A DNA stretch of 44,867 nt. It comes from Perkinsus chesapeaki ATCC PRA-425. Lineage: Eukaryota > Protista > Perkinsozoa. Every line of letters begins with the position of its first letter. Position 1 is the first letter of the stretch. Of this stretch, positions 23,701 to 35,439 are shown piece after piece. The stretch spans positions 1 through 44,867 of the forward strand of contig JAAPAO010000267.1 of NCBI GenBank assembly GCA_013115145.1. Direction: 5' to 3'. The translations under genes and the position numbers were made by a program. The notes under the pieces were generated by a model that saw only the letters and a list, made by a program, of their open reading frames with translations, was not told the DNA's origin and searched no databases.

Positions 23701-26700
23701 ATGTATGCCCTCTCGAATGCTTTGCCATCTATAATAAAATGCGCCTGTACTAATCACATGAAGCGCTTTGCCACCGCGAGCGCTGCTGCTATAAGGAAGA
23801 CCCGCAGAGACAGGCGGAGGCCCGAGGATAAGGCTGACGATGCCTCAAACGTGATAAAGAAGGGCCAAGCTACATTCGGGGAGCTAGTGCAGTCGAGCAG
23901 CCTGCTCAGCAAGCTGGGCATTTGGTTCCTAGAGGAAGGCACTAGGGGCAAGAAGAAAACTAAGTTGAAGGATCTACCGGTAGTGCTGCTGCGGGGTTGA
24001 TTGTAGTGTAACGGTGGATTTAGTTGCCGACTCCGATACAGAGGATGTCATATGGGGTTATAGGTGGGGAGGAGCAAAGGCATGTGTCAATGGTGTCACC
24101 TCCTGGAACAGGTAGTAGGGATCAGTTTCGGAGAGCATGTCACCCTCCTTTCCTTACTTATCGTAAAATCGCTAAAGTTGCTGTAACGAAAACCTGCTAA
24201 AAGATCAGGGTTACATTCGGAACAGCCGAAAAAATATGAAGTTAAACTTCATCTTTGTTATCTTTGTGGCACGGCATGGCCTATATGGTTTCATATATTA
24301 TGGCGTTAAAGATCCAAGTTGGAGATTGAGCACTGTTGCTGTAGCTGCCTCTCCCTTGTTGATGTTGTTAGGCAAAACCCTAGCGTACCTGTTGCCGATC
24401 GTAGATAGGATTATAAGAGTATCGGAGGGCATAAGTATAAAGAGAGACAGTGATGGAAGGTGAAGTTGATAGCAGTGTGAGGGGTACAAATCTTTAAGTT
24501 AGGGTCATGCGATCAGACCAGAGAACGGTAGTGAGGTCGGCTGGCAAGGGAAGCCCATTGCTTGTAATAATTGTCCCAACTAGGGAGCTAGCAGAGCAGG
24601 CTCATACGGAGGTCATACATGCTTTATTGCTCTATCACAGCCCAGCTCAGGCCAAGAAGTACTGCCCACCGTGGATGTCAGTTCAATTGTGTGCTGGTGG
24701 GACAGGCAGGGATGCTCGAGATTCACATGTCATGGTATGCCACCGTTGCTGTTCTCGAGCTACAAAGGATGGTGTTGCCAGGCTCTCGGTCACGGTGCTG
24801 ATGTTGTCATTGGCACACCGGGCAGGCTGAGATGGCTGACAGACCATGGGTAGGGGGGACTTTGGGGACATGAGATGCGGTAATTCGCTATGAAGGCTGC
24901 TGCCATACAAGTTTGCCTCAAATTTGGTGGGCTGGATGGGAGGATACCTTCCCATCTTTTACGTTGTCTGTATTCTCGGTGTCTGGAAGTCTGCCTCTAT
25001 ATGAGTCGGCGACTAATACCGAGGCAACTCGCGAAAATTCCGGAATCGACGAAGTTGATATAGGTGATGGACATTCCAGAACTGGCATCATTTCGGACCT
25101 CTATTTGGAAGTCTCCGCGGATTTGTCGCCTCACCAAGTGGTTTCTCGTCAGAGCCCTGTCCCTCGCTAAACCTGTGCCGCGCCCAGAACCACCCACTGT
25201 ACCAAATAGCAATGCAGCTCGATCTACAGTGGAGAGTATACAAAGGAAGTCGAAGCCTTTGCTGCCGTGTATAGTGCTCGATGAGGCAGATGTCCTCCTC
25301 ACCAGTGAAGTGGTGATGGACTTAGTCAAGGATCTTGCACAGAACCGACGGGTGAGCAGCAGCAGCTTCAGCTTCGCTCCGCTGCATTTATTAGGCATTT
25401 TTAGTCGCAAATGGTATATGCCTCGGCAACTTTTGATGGGTGGATGAAGGATAGGTTGAAGGAGTTATCGCCTAAGTATGACGTTCTCAATGCCACCGAT
25501 GAAATGGAGGCCCGTAGGTCCACGCAGGTCTTGCCTCGGGCGCTTTCCCCATTTTCTGGAATGTGCGGTGCCAATTGATTCTACGTATAGGAACAACGGA
25601 AAGGGAGCCACACATTTCGTAGATTCTGGTTGGATGGGTGCGATTTCCAATGGGCTTTCGGGAAGGCTTTCATTTGTAAAGTGCAGACTACCCAGTATGA
25701 AGGGTGTAGACCGAACAGCTGTGTAGCTGTGGTGTCAAGCTGGAGTCGGGGTTTAATGGTTCCTGGGTTGGGGAAGAAGTGCGACAAGGTGTCTTCTCCT
25801 GTGCAGAAATCGTTTATGCTCTTAAAGAAGTTAGTCATTTGTTCACCCGCCTGTCGTCCAATACCGAGCAGAGGATTCGCCAGCTTACCTGGGCTATAGA
25901 GAACCTTCGACCGGGAGCGGGGTCGGACGACGTGCAGGTCGCTAATAAGGTAGAGTATCTGGGAACTCGAAGGTTGGGAGGTGCTGTAAGGTCCTCATCT
26001 ATTGCCGAGAAAAGACGGAGGTATGTCTCCTAGCCGACGACCCTCAATTGAGAAACGTATGCGCTCCCGGGCGGATGATGGCACTGCACGCTGACATGTC
26101 ACCAATGCAGAGGAAGCAAGTGGTGAGGAGTCCCTGTTACCGTTGGGTGAACTGTTCGGTGGTTGTTAGATGGACACCTATCGAGCGGCTTTGGCGGACT
26201 ATGGACCAGTTGTGCTCATCACGACTGACATCGCTGCGAGGGGACTTGATATTCCCGGTAGGTAGCTGAGCTTTCTCCCGGCATCTGGGGTGCAATCCGT
26301 CACCAGTGCACTAGGGAGGAGATATAAGAATGCAAAGGAGATTAATTGATGATATGAATTATACACTCATGGGAAATATGTTACTAGTGTAAAACGGAGT
26401 ACCAAATACTATACTTCTGGAAACCTGTCAAACCTCAATGATCACCTGGTAGGCATCGGGCTGGTCATCCATTATGGTGCTCCCAAGACAACAGCGAGCT
26501 ACATCCATAGGGTCGGTAGGATACGCCCCGAGACTGTTAAGAAGGTCTCGAGGAGCTGCGATGACAAGTGAGCAAATGGAAGATGAAATTGGCATGCAGG
26601 CGGCGTCAGGTGCAAATCGATAATGTTTCTCATGGGGGACGGAGGGCATCGGCCGCCTCCGAGGATAGCTGCTCAGTGGGGCATGCAACCGGCTACGGTG

Positions 26701-27068
26701 CCGACAGATAAGGAAATTAAAATCGAGAAGGTGAGGCGGAACTGTGAGTTGGTGATGCAGCGTGATGGCAGGTTAATGCTATGGTGAGGGGGATAATAGA
26801 GTCTATGAAGGAGAACGCCGAGGAGACTAGCATCGATCCTGAAGCCTGGAAGACTGCGAACTCGTGGGCAACTGAAGGCTTTTGGGGAGGGAGGAGGTCT
26901 GTTAGGCTACTGTTTGGTATCGACGATCCCGATTTAACAAAGTCGGCTGCAGCTGTGCAGAATCTGGCCTCCGCGTTGCATCTTGTGGCGTTGCGGCAGA
27001 CTCCACCATCAGCACGATCGAGGCCTAGTATACTGAGTGGAAGGAAGGGATATTCACCAGTAAGATGA
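23701..27068 (+). CDS. DEAD-box RNA helicase (3' end uncertain)
   Basis: Q-motif LPTPIQ; SPPGTG|KTLAYLLP; VPTRELA; VIGTPGRL; VLDEAD; SAT; LHADMSPMQR; TDIAARGLDIP; YIHRVG, in order across short introns. Confidence 0.92.
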
Positions 27069-27332
27069 GGAATGAACCGTGGAGAAAGAAGCGCCGGAGG
27101 GGCGCTGACGAGAGAGCCATCATTCGTAACACGCTCGACATTGACATGCTGAATAACCACAAATGTCTTAATAACGTTATGAAGTTTGCTGGAAATATCC
27201 TAGTGTGGTACCGGATATGTAGGCGTTGGTAATTAGTAGATCACACAGTAAAGTATTTCTCTCGACAGCCCGTAAAAGTCGCATTGAACTTTCATTTATG
27301 CCTTCAACTTGTTATCTCTTATCCTTTCTCAG

Positions 27333-27763
27333 GTATTACTACTGGATCCCTATCTTAAGAAGGTGCCCAGCAAGGACAGAGCAGCTAAGCTCGTATCGGA
27401 AGCTATTAAGGAGGCAGCAAGTGATAGATGCGATGTCCGTATTGAAGAGCAGCAGCCTATGGTCTTTAGTTCACGATCTGCTAGAGCCTCCAATGGATGC
27501 CATCGACTCCTCGACAGGCCGGCTGCCGAGACGGCCAGAGAAGCGGGTATCGCCTTTGGGTCGGATAGCACTGACTCGCCGGGGATACGCCGTGGACGTG
27601 CCGACACATTACGTCCGGTAGGGGCCTCCTTCCAGAAGTAACCGTACCTAGTTTGCTTCCATAGGGGTGTCCTTGGAGCCAAGAAGCTCCGAGAGGCAGG
27701 CGTGCTTCCGATATATCTCACCACGCAAGTGCCGCGGTTGATAACTGACGAGAGAACCTTCCG
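27333..27763 (+). CDS. Unassigned exons; may be 5' exons of the downstream DUF1336 gene or a separate gene
   Basis: Open exon RYYYWIPILRR...RRPEKR after an acceptor at 27332, then GVLGAKKLREAGVLPIYLTTQVPRLITDERTF before a gtgagg donor. Confidence 0.35.
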
Positions 27764-27951
27764 GTGAGGCCACTGGGTAATCCAAGGTGCTCAGGCTTCA
27801 CCTTAGGTTGAGGGTGGCATCTCGAGACCGACGCGCTGGTGTACAGGAGGTCACCCGAGCCCGGCGACTGAGGGAGAGGATAACTGAATGCTTGGAGAAG
27901 TCTAGGACAATTGCCAAGAAGCGAAGTTGACAATATCGAATTCATGCCGTA

Positions 27952-30465
27952 ATGAACGACGACGTTTCGGATCGTTTCCCGTGCATAGCAACATCGCCGC
28001 GTTCTCCGTCCACTTGGGGATGCCTCTGCCAGCTTGATTGTTTAAATATGTCCTCCGGCAGCCGGTGGCGCGTTTGGTCTTCCCTCACTGGATTTCTGCG
28101 ATCAGCCTTCATCCGTTTGCCGCCAGTGGTCCCTCTAGTACTCCTCTCCGTGTCTGTCATTCTAGACCTACTGTCCTTCATTGCCGCTCTCTCCCTCAGC
28201 AATAAAGTCGCCTCTGAGGTAGGGCCACCAAAGGGCTGTGGCCATCAGTTGCTTCCTCAGGATTGGCGACAGAATGTCTCCCGTGTTCCTGGTCTCCTCC
28301 GACTGGCTGGATACAGCTCCCTCATCTCCATAGCGCTCTTACGTAAGAAGGGCTTCTTTTTTGAACGCCGCCCTCTGGATGGTGTTACTGATCAGGTCTC
28401 CGTGCATGGTGGGAGGACGTTCGAGTTGAAGTCAACGGTGTTATTATTAAACCGGGTCGATTAGGTAAATATGAGCAGCCGTGGCATTGCCGGCATGCCT
28501 TTGCCGACTTGCAGGCCTTACCTCTAGTGCGAGGGATACCAGAGGGAGAGGGGATCAGCTGAATGAGAAGGAGCTGACAGCCGACGACTATGAGCTTTGC
28601 CGGCAGAGATACAAGTGGGAGAATGCCCGGCAGCTGTCGTGGCACTGTAGTCCACGTCAGGTACACACCATGGCCCCCTCCGGAAGTGCTCGGCTGGGCC
28701 CCGTTCGGTGGGTATTGTCGAAGTTAATATTGCTATATTATCTACCCTTCAGGCACAGTGCCGTTCGGCCCTCAAGAAGCCCCTAAGGCGTGCTATTGGA
28801 CCCAAGGTGACGCGACCTGCTTCAAGGTGCGCCAAAAGGGCTACGCCAAGACCGGCCTTAAGCTGCCGAGCAAGTAAGGTTCGCGAAGGCTCCTCCTTCA
28901 TGACTGTGTAGGTATCCTATTTATGAATGTATTGGTGTCGATGTTGTGAGGTCTGATATGGTCCTTCGGAAAGCAGCGCAACTTAGTGTGTTTCAGAAGG
29001 TGAGAATTGCTGAAGAACTTCTCCTGAAAGGACGCATTCCCTTTAACCCTTAAAGACGGCTTTCCCCACACAGATGGAGACGCCGTGGTTTTCCCTGCAG
29101 CTCCCGGTTGGCACTTCCTCGCTCATACGGACAGCCAACAGTTCGCATGGCGTATCTTAGGTCACTCAGGGAGAAGATTCAGAAGGCTCAGAGATGCCAT
29201 CATTCTGGACCCGCGATCACGGGCTGAGCGAGCTTCATTGGGATAAGGAGATCGGCATACCGCGCTTCCTCTTGGTGAACTGCCAGCTACCGTAAGGCAG
29301 TCGTGCGGTCGATCGATCAGCAGTTATCGGCCCCAGATTCGCGGCCCCACCTCTGTTCGGATCCCCCGACCCTAATGATGCTGGAATGTCGATACTCACT
29401 TACTTCGTTATTAACCCGAAAGTGCTGCAAGAATACCGTGATGGCAACTTGGAGAAGATAACTGCAATCAAGCTGTTCCAGCGGTAAGGCATGTCGATGA
29501 TACTGGATATACAATAGACTACATTATGATTCGTATAATATACATTTTGCGAGCTATTCTAGACAGCAAGGACCCTTTCTTTGGATCATAGCCCGACTTT
29601 GGCTTTGAAAGCTGAGATTCTCGGGAATGATGACACCGTAACCATATTGCATTGAGCTACTATGAGAGACATAATCTCTCTTGTCATTCTCCCATTCCTC
29701 ATCTTGTCGGGTCAATATGTTCCTACGATTAAACATCCAGCAGAAATACCTCTCAGTGTTTGTCGAGCACCTGTGGACCTGCGGCGTATCGTTGGGTGAT
29801 ATCACTATTAGGTTATTGCACACGGGGGTATCGAAGAAGGGCCACAGTGCCTTGAAGATCATAGCGATGGTCGAGAATGCCGGTGATTTAGGCCTCCCCG
29901 GAATAATCAACAGGTAGAGCTGCGAAGTATCTTGCTTGGTCATTTTTTGTAGATATAACGGCAAGCCAGCGCTACTGACCAAGAGCCTCCAGCTGCATTC
30001 GAATGTGGATGGTGAGGGAGAAGTCGCCGAGATAGACTTCGATATACGACAGTGGTGCTATCTTGCACGTAAAAGCTTTCATTCCTTCTATGGCCTATTG
30101 AAGGACTGTGTGGTGAGAACTCATCCGCCGCCTTACCACTGTCGCGCACGCGCACGAAAATTATTCTTCGAGTTGGAGCGGGGCAGGCTCGGTTTTTGGG
30201 GAATCGAGTATGGGGAATTCGATAGAGGAGGAATTAGCTCGAGCTTTGCGTTATTTGTAGATATTTCTGCGCGTCCAAGCCGCGCTTTTCTTGTAGATTT
30301 GGCATTCTGTACCTTAAAGTGGAAGCCACCCTGCATTTTCAGGCCCATGTGGGTTTGGTCATGGAAGGAGAGGACGACAGCGAGCTCCCCGAGCAGCTAC
30401 TGGCGTGCTTTCGTATAGCATATCTTGACATTGAACAAGCTAAACTCATTGATGCGGCATCCTGA
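27952..30465 (+). CDS. DUF1336 / EDR2 C-terminal-domain protein (start uncertain)
   Basis: YWTQGDATCFKVRQKGY; YECIGVDVVRSD; LKIIAMVENAGDLGLPGIINR|YNGKPALL; EIDFDIRQWCYLARKSF; VGLVMEGEDDSELPEQLLACFRI, matching DUF1336 blocks. Confidence 0.8.
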
Positions 30466-30706
30466 TTACTGAGTTACCCAATTCATACCGACTATTCTTA
30501 CAATTTATTATATTTCTCTGCGCAATTGTTAGTGCGGTTTGTGTTGCCAATTTGGATTCACTAGCAATCGAGTCGGAATTTCCCGCGCATACGCGTCAGC
30601 GTTCAACTCAAAGGCATTGGTATCATAGGAAGCCATGAGGGTTTCGCTTCAGAGAGGATAGACCATGCAGGTTCGGACAATACTGCGAGCGGTAACGGAA
30701 CGTACT

Positions 30707-30762
30707 AGGAACATATTTCCTGTCAAACTTTTTATTATCTCTACACTCGGAACATATTTCCT
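30707..30762. repeat. 14-nt direct repeat (ggaacatatttcct) upstream of CWF19L2
   Basis: Copies at 30708-30721 and 30749-30762, each with ggaa..ttcc dyad symmetry, ~90 nt before the ATG. Confidence 0.6.
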
Positions 30763-30853
30763 ATAAAAACTTCCCATTATATTCGGAATAGGTTTCCACC
30801 ACCTTGGGGGAACGTTCTTCTCTGAGCTTCAGAGTCCTCTGAGGTTCCATACA

Positions 30854-33800
30854 ATGCAGGATCCGCAGGATCCAAACATTCCCATACTGCAGTCGCCCTT
30901 TGAAGCTCCGTCCTTCATGTTTGGCGCCGTGAAGGTAACGGGCTTGAAGGAAAAGTCCAAGAAAGAGAAGAAGTCGAAGCACAAGCATCACCATCGGCAC
31001 CACCGAGGGCGAAGTGATGATGAAGGAAGTGGTTCCGAGCGAGAATCCAGCGAAGTAGGTCTTGTACGTTCTGCACTCACCTCTTAACTCCCAGTCCTTA
31101 CGTTCTGAAGTGTTTGAAAGGTTGTTCCTGTCTCGGGTTCGCCTAGTAGTTTACCCTTTGAACCAATAGACATACATTGCGGCTCGAGCGTTATTCAACT
31201 CTCCCCGATCAATTCGATATCTGTCTGGCGAACTCCAACATTAAGGAAGTGCTTCACTTTCAGCCGGCGGAAGTGCGCGACAGTCAATCTTCACGGGCAG
31301 AGGAGCCACCGGCCGTGGCCAAGCGAGACGAGTGGATGACCGGCAGCGGGGACCCATCCTCGGATCGATTAGCGGCTATGTTTGAAATGGGTAACCAACT
31401 CGGGAACCGGCATGGAACGTAGAACTGAAATCCTCTGGTGAAACCGTCTACGTACAAGTTGAAGGCTGACACTTCCACTGGAGCTGGTGTTGACCTCCTT
31501 CGCCTCTACTGAAGCACATGCCCCCCTACCTTGCCTCGTGTTTCAGGGAAGATGGCTGTGCCACGGATGGAACGAAAGGCGGCTGAGAAAAGAGCTGAGA
31601 GGGAGAGGCTTATGAAGGAATCAGAGGCTAGGATGAATAAAATGTAAGAATTCACCGCTGCTGGGAATCGAACCTGCGCCTGTCGAGCGAAAGTTTGTGG
31701 TATACTGGGCGTCTTCTTGCCTTCAGCGACCTGGCCAATGATGAGGGTATAGCTGAGCGAGCTCACATATCGGAGAGGAAGCAGGAAGCCGATCCATGGG
31801 CTTTGCCTGAAAGGTAGCCGCTGGCGAAATCACCGACAATGCAAAATGGAAAAATTATGCGAAAATGAGAATTTCCGTTGTTGTGCGAAGGAATTTTTCC
31901 TCGTGTCGCAAGCCTCGAAACCAACAAGGTTCCATGGAGGTTGCGTATTCTCCTTTTCAGTTGTCTGGTAAATTCCGGCGGCCGGAAGTGGCAGGCCAGG
32001 GCTGCTCGGCGAAGGCGGGAGGGAGTTAGTGATTCATCAACCCCTTCGGAAGGGAGCTCTCGAGAAGCCAGAGATAGGCGACGTGAGCATGGCGCCCGAG
32101 GAGAAGATCGAGGAGAAAGGCGGAGGGGCTGGGGCAGGAGAAGTCGGAGCAGATCTAATGAGAGACGACGGAGCGATAGGTAAGGATGGAGGGCGTTGTG
32201 ATAGTGTGGCTGTCGTTTGGGGAGTTATAGAGGAACACATAGAAGGAATACTGGTGTTCATATCTGCTCGTACTACTACATTGCCGTATATGAGATACCG
32301 GGTTTAAATGATATGATCGGATAATACTGATATTTGTATTGATGTATGTTAATCAAACTAACAAAAGATTGAATATCATTATAGGATAGAAATCACTAAG
32401 TCAAGTTCAAGATATTTTCTGTCAAGATTTTCATTATACTTCCGCAATAGAAGTAATTTCTACCATCCCAGGCGATCTGTCGTGTTCAGGAGCTCTCGAG
32501 ACGAGTTGACCAGTCTGGCTAATAAGTATCACAGTCGAGAGCATGATAGAAGTAGCGAGGAGAAGAAGACTAAACCTGTTCATGAAGAAGGTATAGATCT
32601 CCAGCGTCCTGCATTTCCGATGGTCGTGGTGATGTTCTAACGTATCTTTGTTATTTCTAATATTCTTGCCAAACTTCACACTGACCTAAATCCTTCCTTT
32701 CTCAGTGGACACCAACGCTCTCGATGCCAACGAGCTTTCAGCGGCAGCCATGAGGGCCATGCTGGCTGGTGACATGGCTGAGTACGAGCGCCTTAACTCT
32801 CTCATGGCTACTAAAACCGTTGTGGTGGATCAGTCAAGAGACCAGGGAGTGCGGTGGGGCTTTCGGTGGGCTTGTATTGGCTATCTTAGGCTCTGGGGAG
32901 CGCGAAGCAGAGCCGATCAAAAATGCTATCGGCCCGTGGAGATAAAGACGAGGAGAATATGGGTGTTTCAGAGCTACTGCGACAGTAGGCCTACCTCTTA
33001 TACACGGCACATGGAGCTGTTGTAGGGAGCGTGCTTCCCGAGGTGTTCGCAGTGGCGAGTACGATAGACATATGGCTGAGAATATTAGGAAGAATAAACG
33101 CTTCAAAGGTGGGGAATTCCGGGGGTATTTTCCGGCATGTTTGTGAATGTAGGTGACGCAGAAGAAGATGAGTACTTCGGAGCGACGGAGGTGGGTGGTG
33201 GCGGTGAGAATCCTGAGGTCAGCATACCAGCTGAGCTAACCAAGGAGAAGAAACGGAGATACCGAGGTGGGACATAGATAGCGTATCTGATGCTTTGTCC
33301 AGCCTAATGCTCTTTTTATAATGTGTCACTTGTTGGCCTTTGGACACTCTGTCTCATATGGATTGAAACCGTGGCGCAGCGGTCTGGCTCTCTATGGGAT
33401 GTTCGACTTTGGATGCCTCGACGATGTGGATTATTCAGGCACAGGCTGGGTGTCGGAGGATAAACGACGCAAAGAGGAACGGGAAGAGAGAAGGGCTTCA
33501 AGGAAAACACAAAAGGAATGTGATTTATGTGAGTTTAAGACAGTCAGAGACCTAGACGTGAGGAATCCATGACTTTTTAATAAGGCATTCATGTGGAGGA
33601 GTGTTCAACGAGGCATTTATACGATAGACTAGCGATTTTTAGCGAGGCATTGAGTAGCTTATATAAAGTGAACCTTTTGAATGCTTTGCTATTGTAGCTT
33701 ATTTACTGAACCTTTTGAATGCTTTGCTATTGTAGCTTATTTACTGGACCTTTTGAATGCATTGCTATTGTATTGAGCTCTATCATGTACTTGAACTCTT

Positions 33801-35030
33801 TATCCGATAGCAGTATCTATTATAGGTATGGAGAGCTCAAGTTGGTCTCGTAACCGAGAGGATAAGCTTATCGCAGTCAGTCCAAGGGTCTACATCTGTA
33901 TGGCAAAGTCGGTGCTCCCCCTTCATCGGAAGGTTTCTACCTTACCTATCTTTCAGTTACAAGTCCATGTTGCTCCGAGGCCAGATGATCCTTGTTCCCC
34001 AAAATCACTGTGCATCCCTTCGTACAGCTGATGAAGAGACAGCGGAAGAGATAAGGAACTATCAGGTAGGTCCAGCTCATCACCGTTCATGCGGACCCTC
34101 GTTTTGGATGGGCCACTCTCTACTTTAAATTTTTCAGAAGTGCCTCGCCCACTTCTACGCTACAATGGAGCCCCCTTGTGTACCAGTATTCATAGAGACC
34201 GTTAAGAGCCCTCCTCAAAGTACATATCTCATTTGTCTTGTAACTTTACCTCTGGTACTTCAGATGATGACGTTATGGCTCTTCTTGGTGGTGGGGCTCA
34301 CACGACCATGCAGTGCTTTCCGGTGCCACAGGACCGGATGAAAGAGCTTGAATCGTAAGTTACGTATATTATTGACTTATATGGGATATACGTGTTTCTG
34401 TGATATGGCCAGAGAACCAAATCTGAACCTTGCCGAAGGCATCGTTTGCACTTCCTCGTTGGTTCATGGATAGCTGCTTTTGCCTTAGCTTCGTAGGGCC
34501 GCGGCCGACGGTGTGTTTTGCTATTAAGGTACTTCCGACAGGGAATGAGTTTAGCGGGCGACACATGGAGCAATCAGCCGAAAATTGTCGAATGCAAAGG
34601 GCGGAGCGATGTTAGCAGCTCCGGCATCCCCCCTTCCTCGCCGTAGGTTTCCCTGCTCCTGCTATTCCTTGTCACTTCATCACAGGTACATGCATGTCGA
34701 CTTCGGGCTCCAGGTGGGGATAGTCCATATTATCGACAAGCCGAAGGAGTTCCGTTGGGACTATGGTTTGGTAGGTCAATATCTTCATTTACCCTTCGTA
34801 TCGTTTGTTATCAGCAAACGATCGCCGGCATGCTGGAAATCGACAAGCTGAGTTTGGTACACTACGACCAGCCAGGAAATGGAGGACAACAGAGGTAGGT
34901 GTACTTTGTAACAAACAAAAACAAAGTCTCTGTTTTTCTGAGATAATTCTTCGGTTCCAGGTACGATGAGGACTTGAAGGCTTTCAAGGAGGCATTTAAG
35001 GCGTATGACTGGGCAAAGAACATTTCGTGA
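30854..35030 (+). CDS. CWF19L2: CWF19-like 2 (CwfJ C-terminal domains), spliceosome-associated
   Basis: Lys/His-rich N-terminus; NELSAAAMRAMLAGD; ECDLC; DEETAEEIRNYQ; HTTMQCFPVP; YMHVDFGLQVGIVHIIDKP; terminal FKEAFKAYDWAKNIS*. Confidence 0.88.
33669..33772. repeat. Intronic tandem repeat, ~2.7 x 38 nt
   Basis: Unit tgaaccttttgaatgctttgctattgtagcttatttac starting at 33669, 33707 and 33745 (partial). Confidence 0.93.
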
Positions 35031-35439
35031 CCTTAACGTACAGAAAATGGTTTCAAAAGCTGCAGTATTGGTTTATTTTTATGTTAGAAAAAATAGGGGA
35101 GAAAGAAATAGTTCGTTTTGAATCGTTCATCGTTGCATCACGGGAGCGCTCACATCGTTATTGATGTGTCCTACCAGTTGAAGTATAGGGCGTGCCACCT
35201 CTGTGATAGCGGCGCAGTGCGACTGTGGGCGTTTTCTCAAGATTCCAGTGATCTTATAAGTGACTGTATATGTAGGTGACCTAGCTTGCACCACCAGCTG
35301 TGTGGTTTTGTGTAGTGGCATGCGGTACTTCAGTAGAATCTTCACCAAGTGCCAAGTGCCGTCTCAATGCTTTATATAACAAGTGCTTTGCCCTTCTCTA
35401 TATACTCGCCTATTGACTTCGTTGTAGTTTTTTCATCCT

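Noticed and set aside
27660-27763. Ribosomal bL25-like motif GVLGAKKLREAGVLP
   Set aside because: Only one short motif; the rest of the fold could not be assembled, and downstream exons lead into the DUF1336 gene. A profile search is needed.
29554-29982. 142-aa minus-strand ORF
   Set aside because: Antisense shadow of DUF1336 exons.
31655-31740. tRNA-Ser-like relic on the minus strand, sharing a 16-mer (cgcaggttcgattccc) with 21693-21708
   Set aside because: T stem and acceptor stem do not pair, and one shared 16-mer in 45 kb is about chance expectation.
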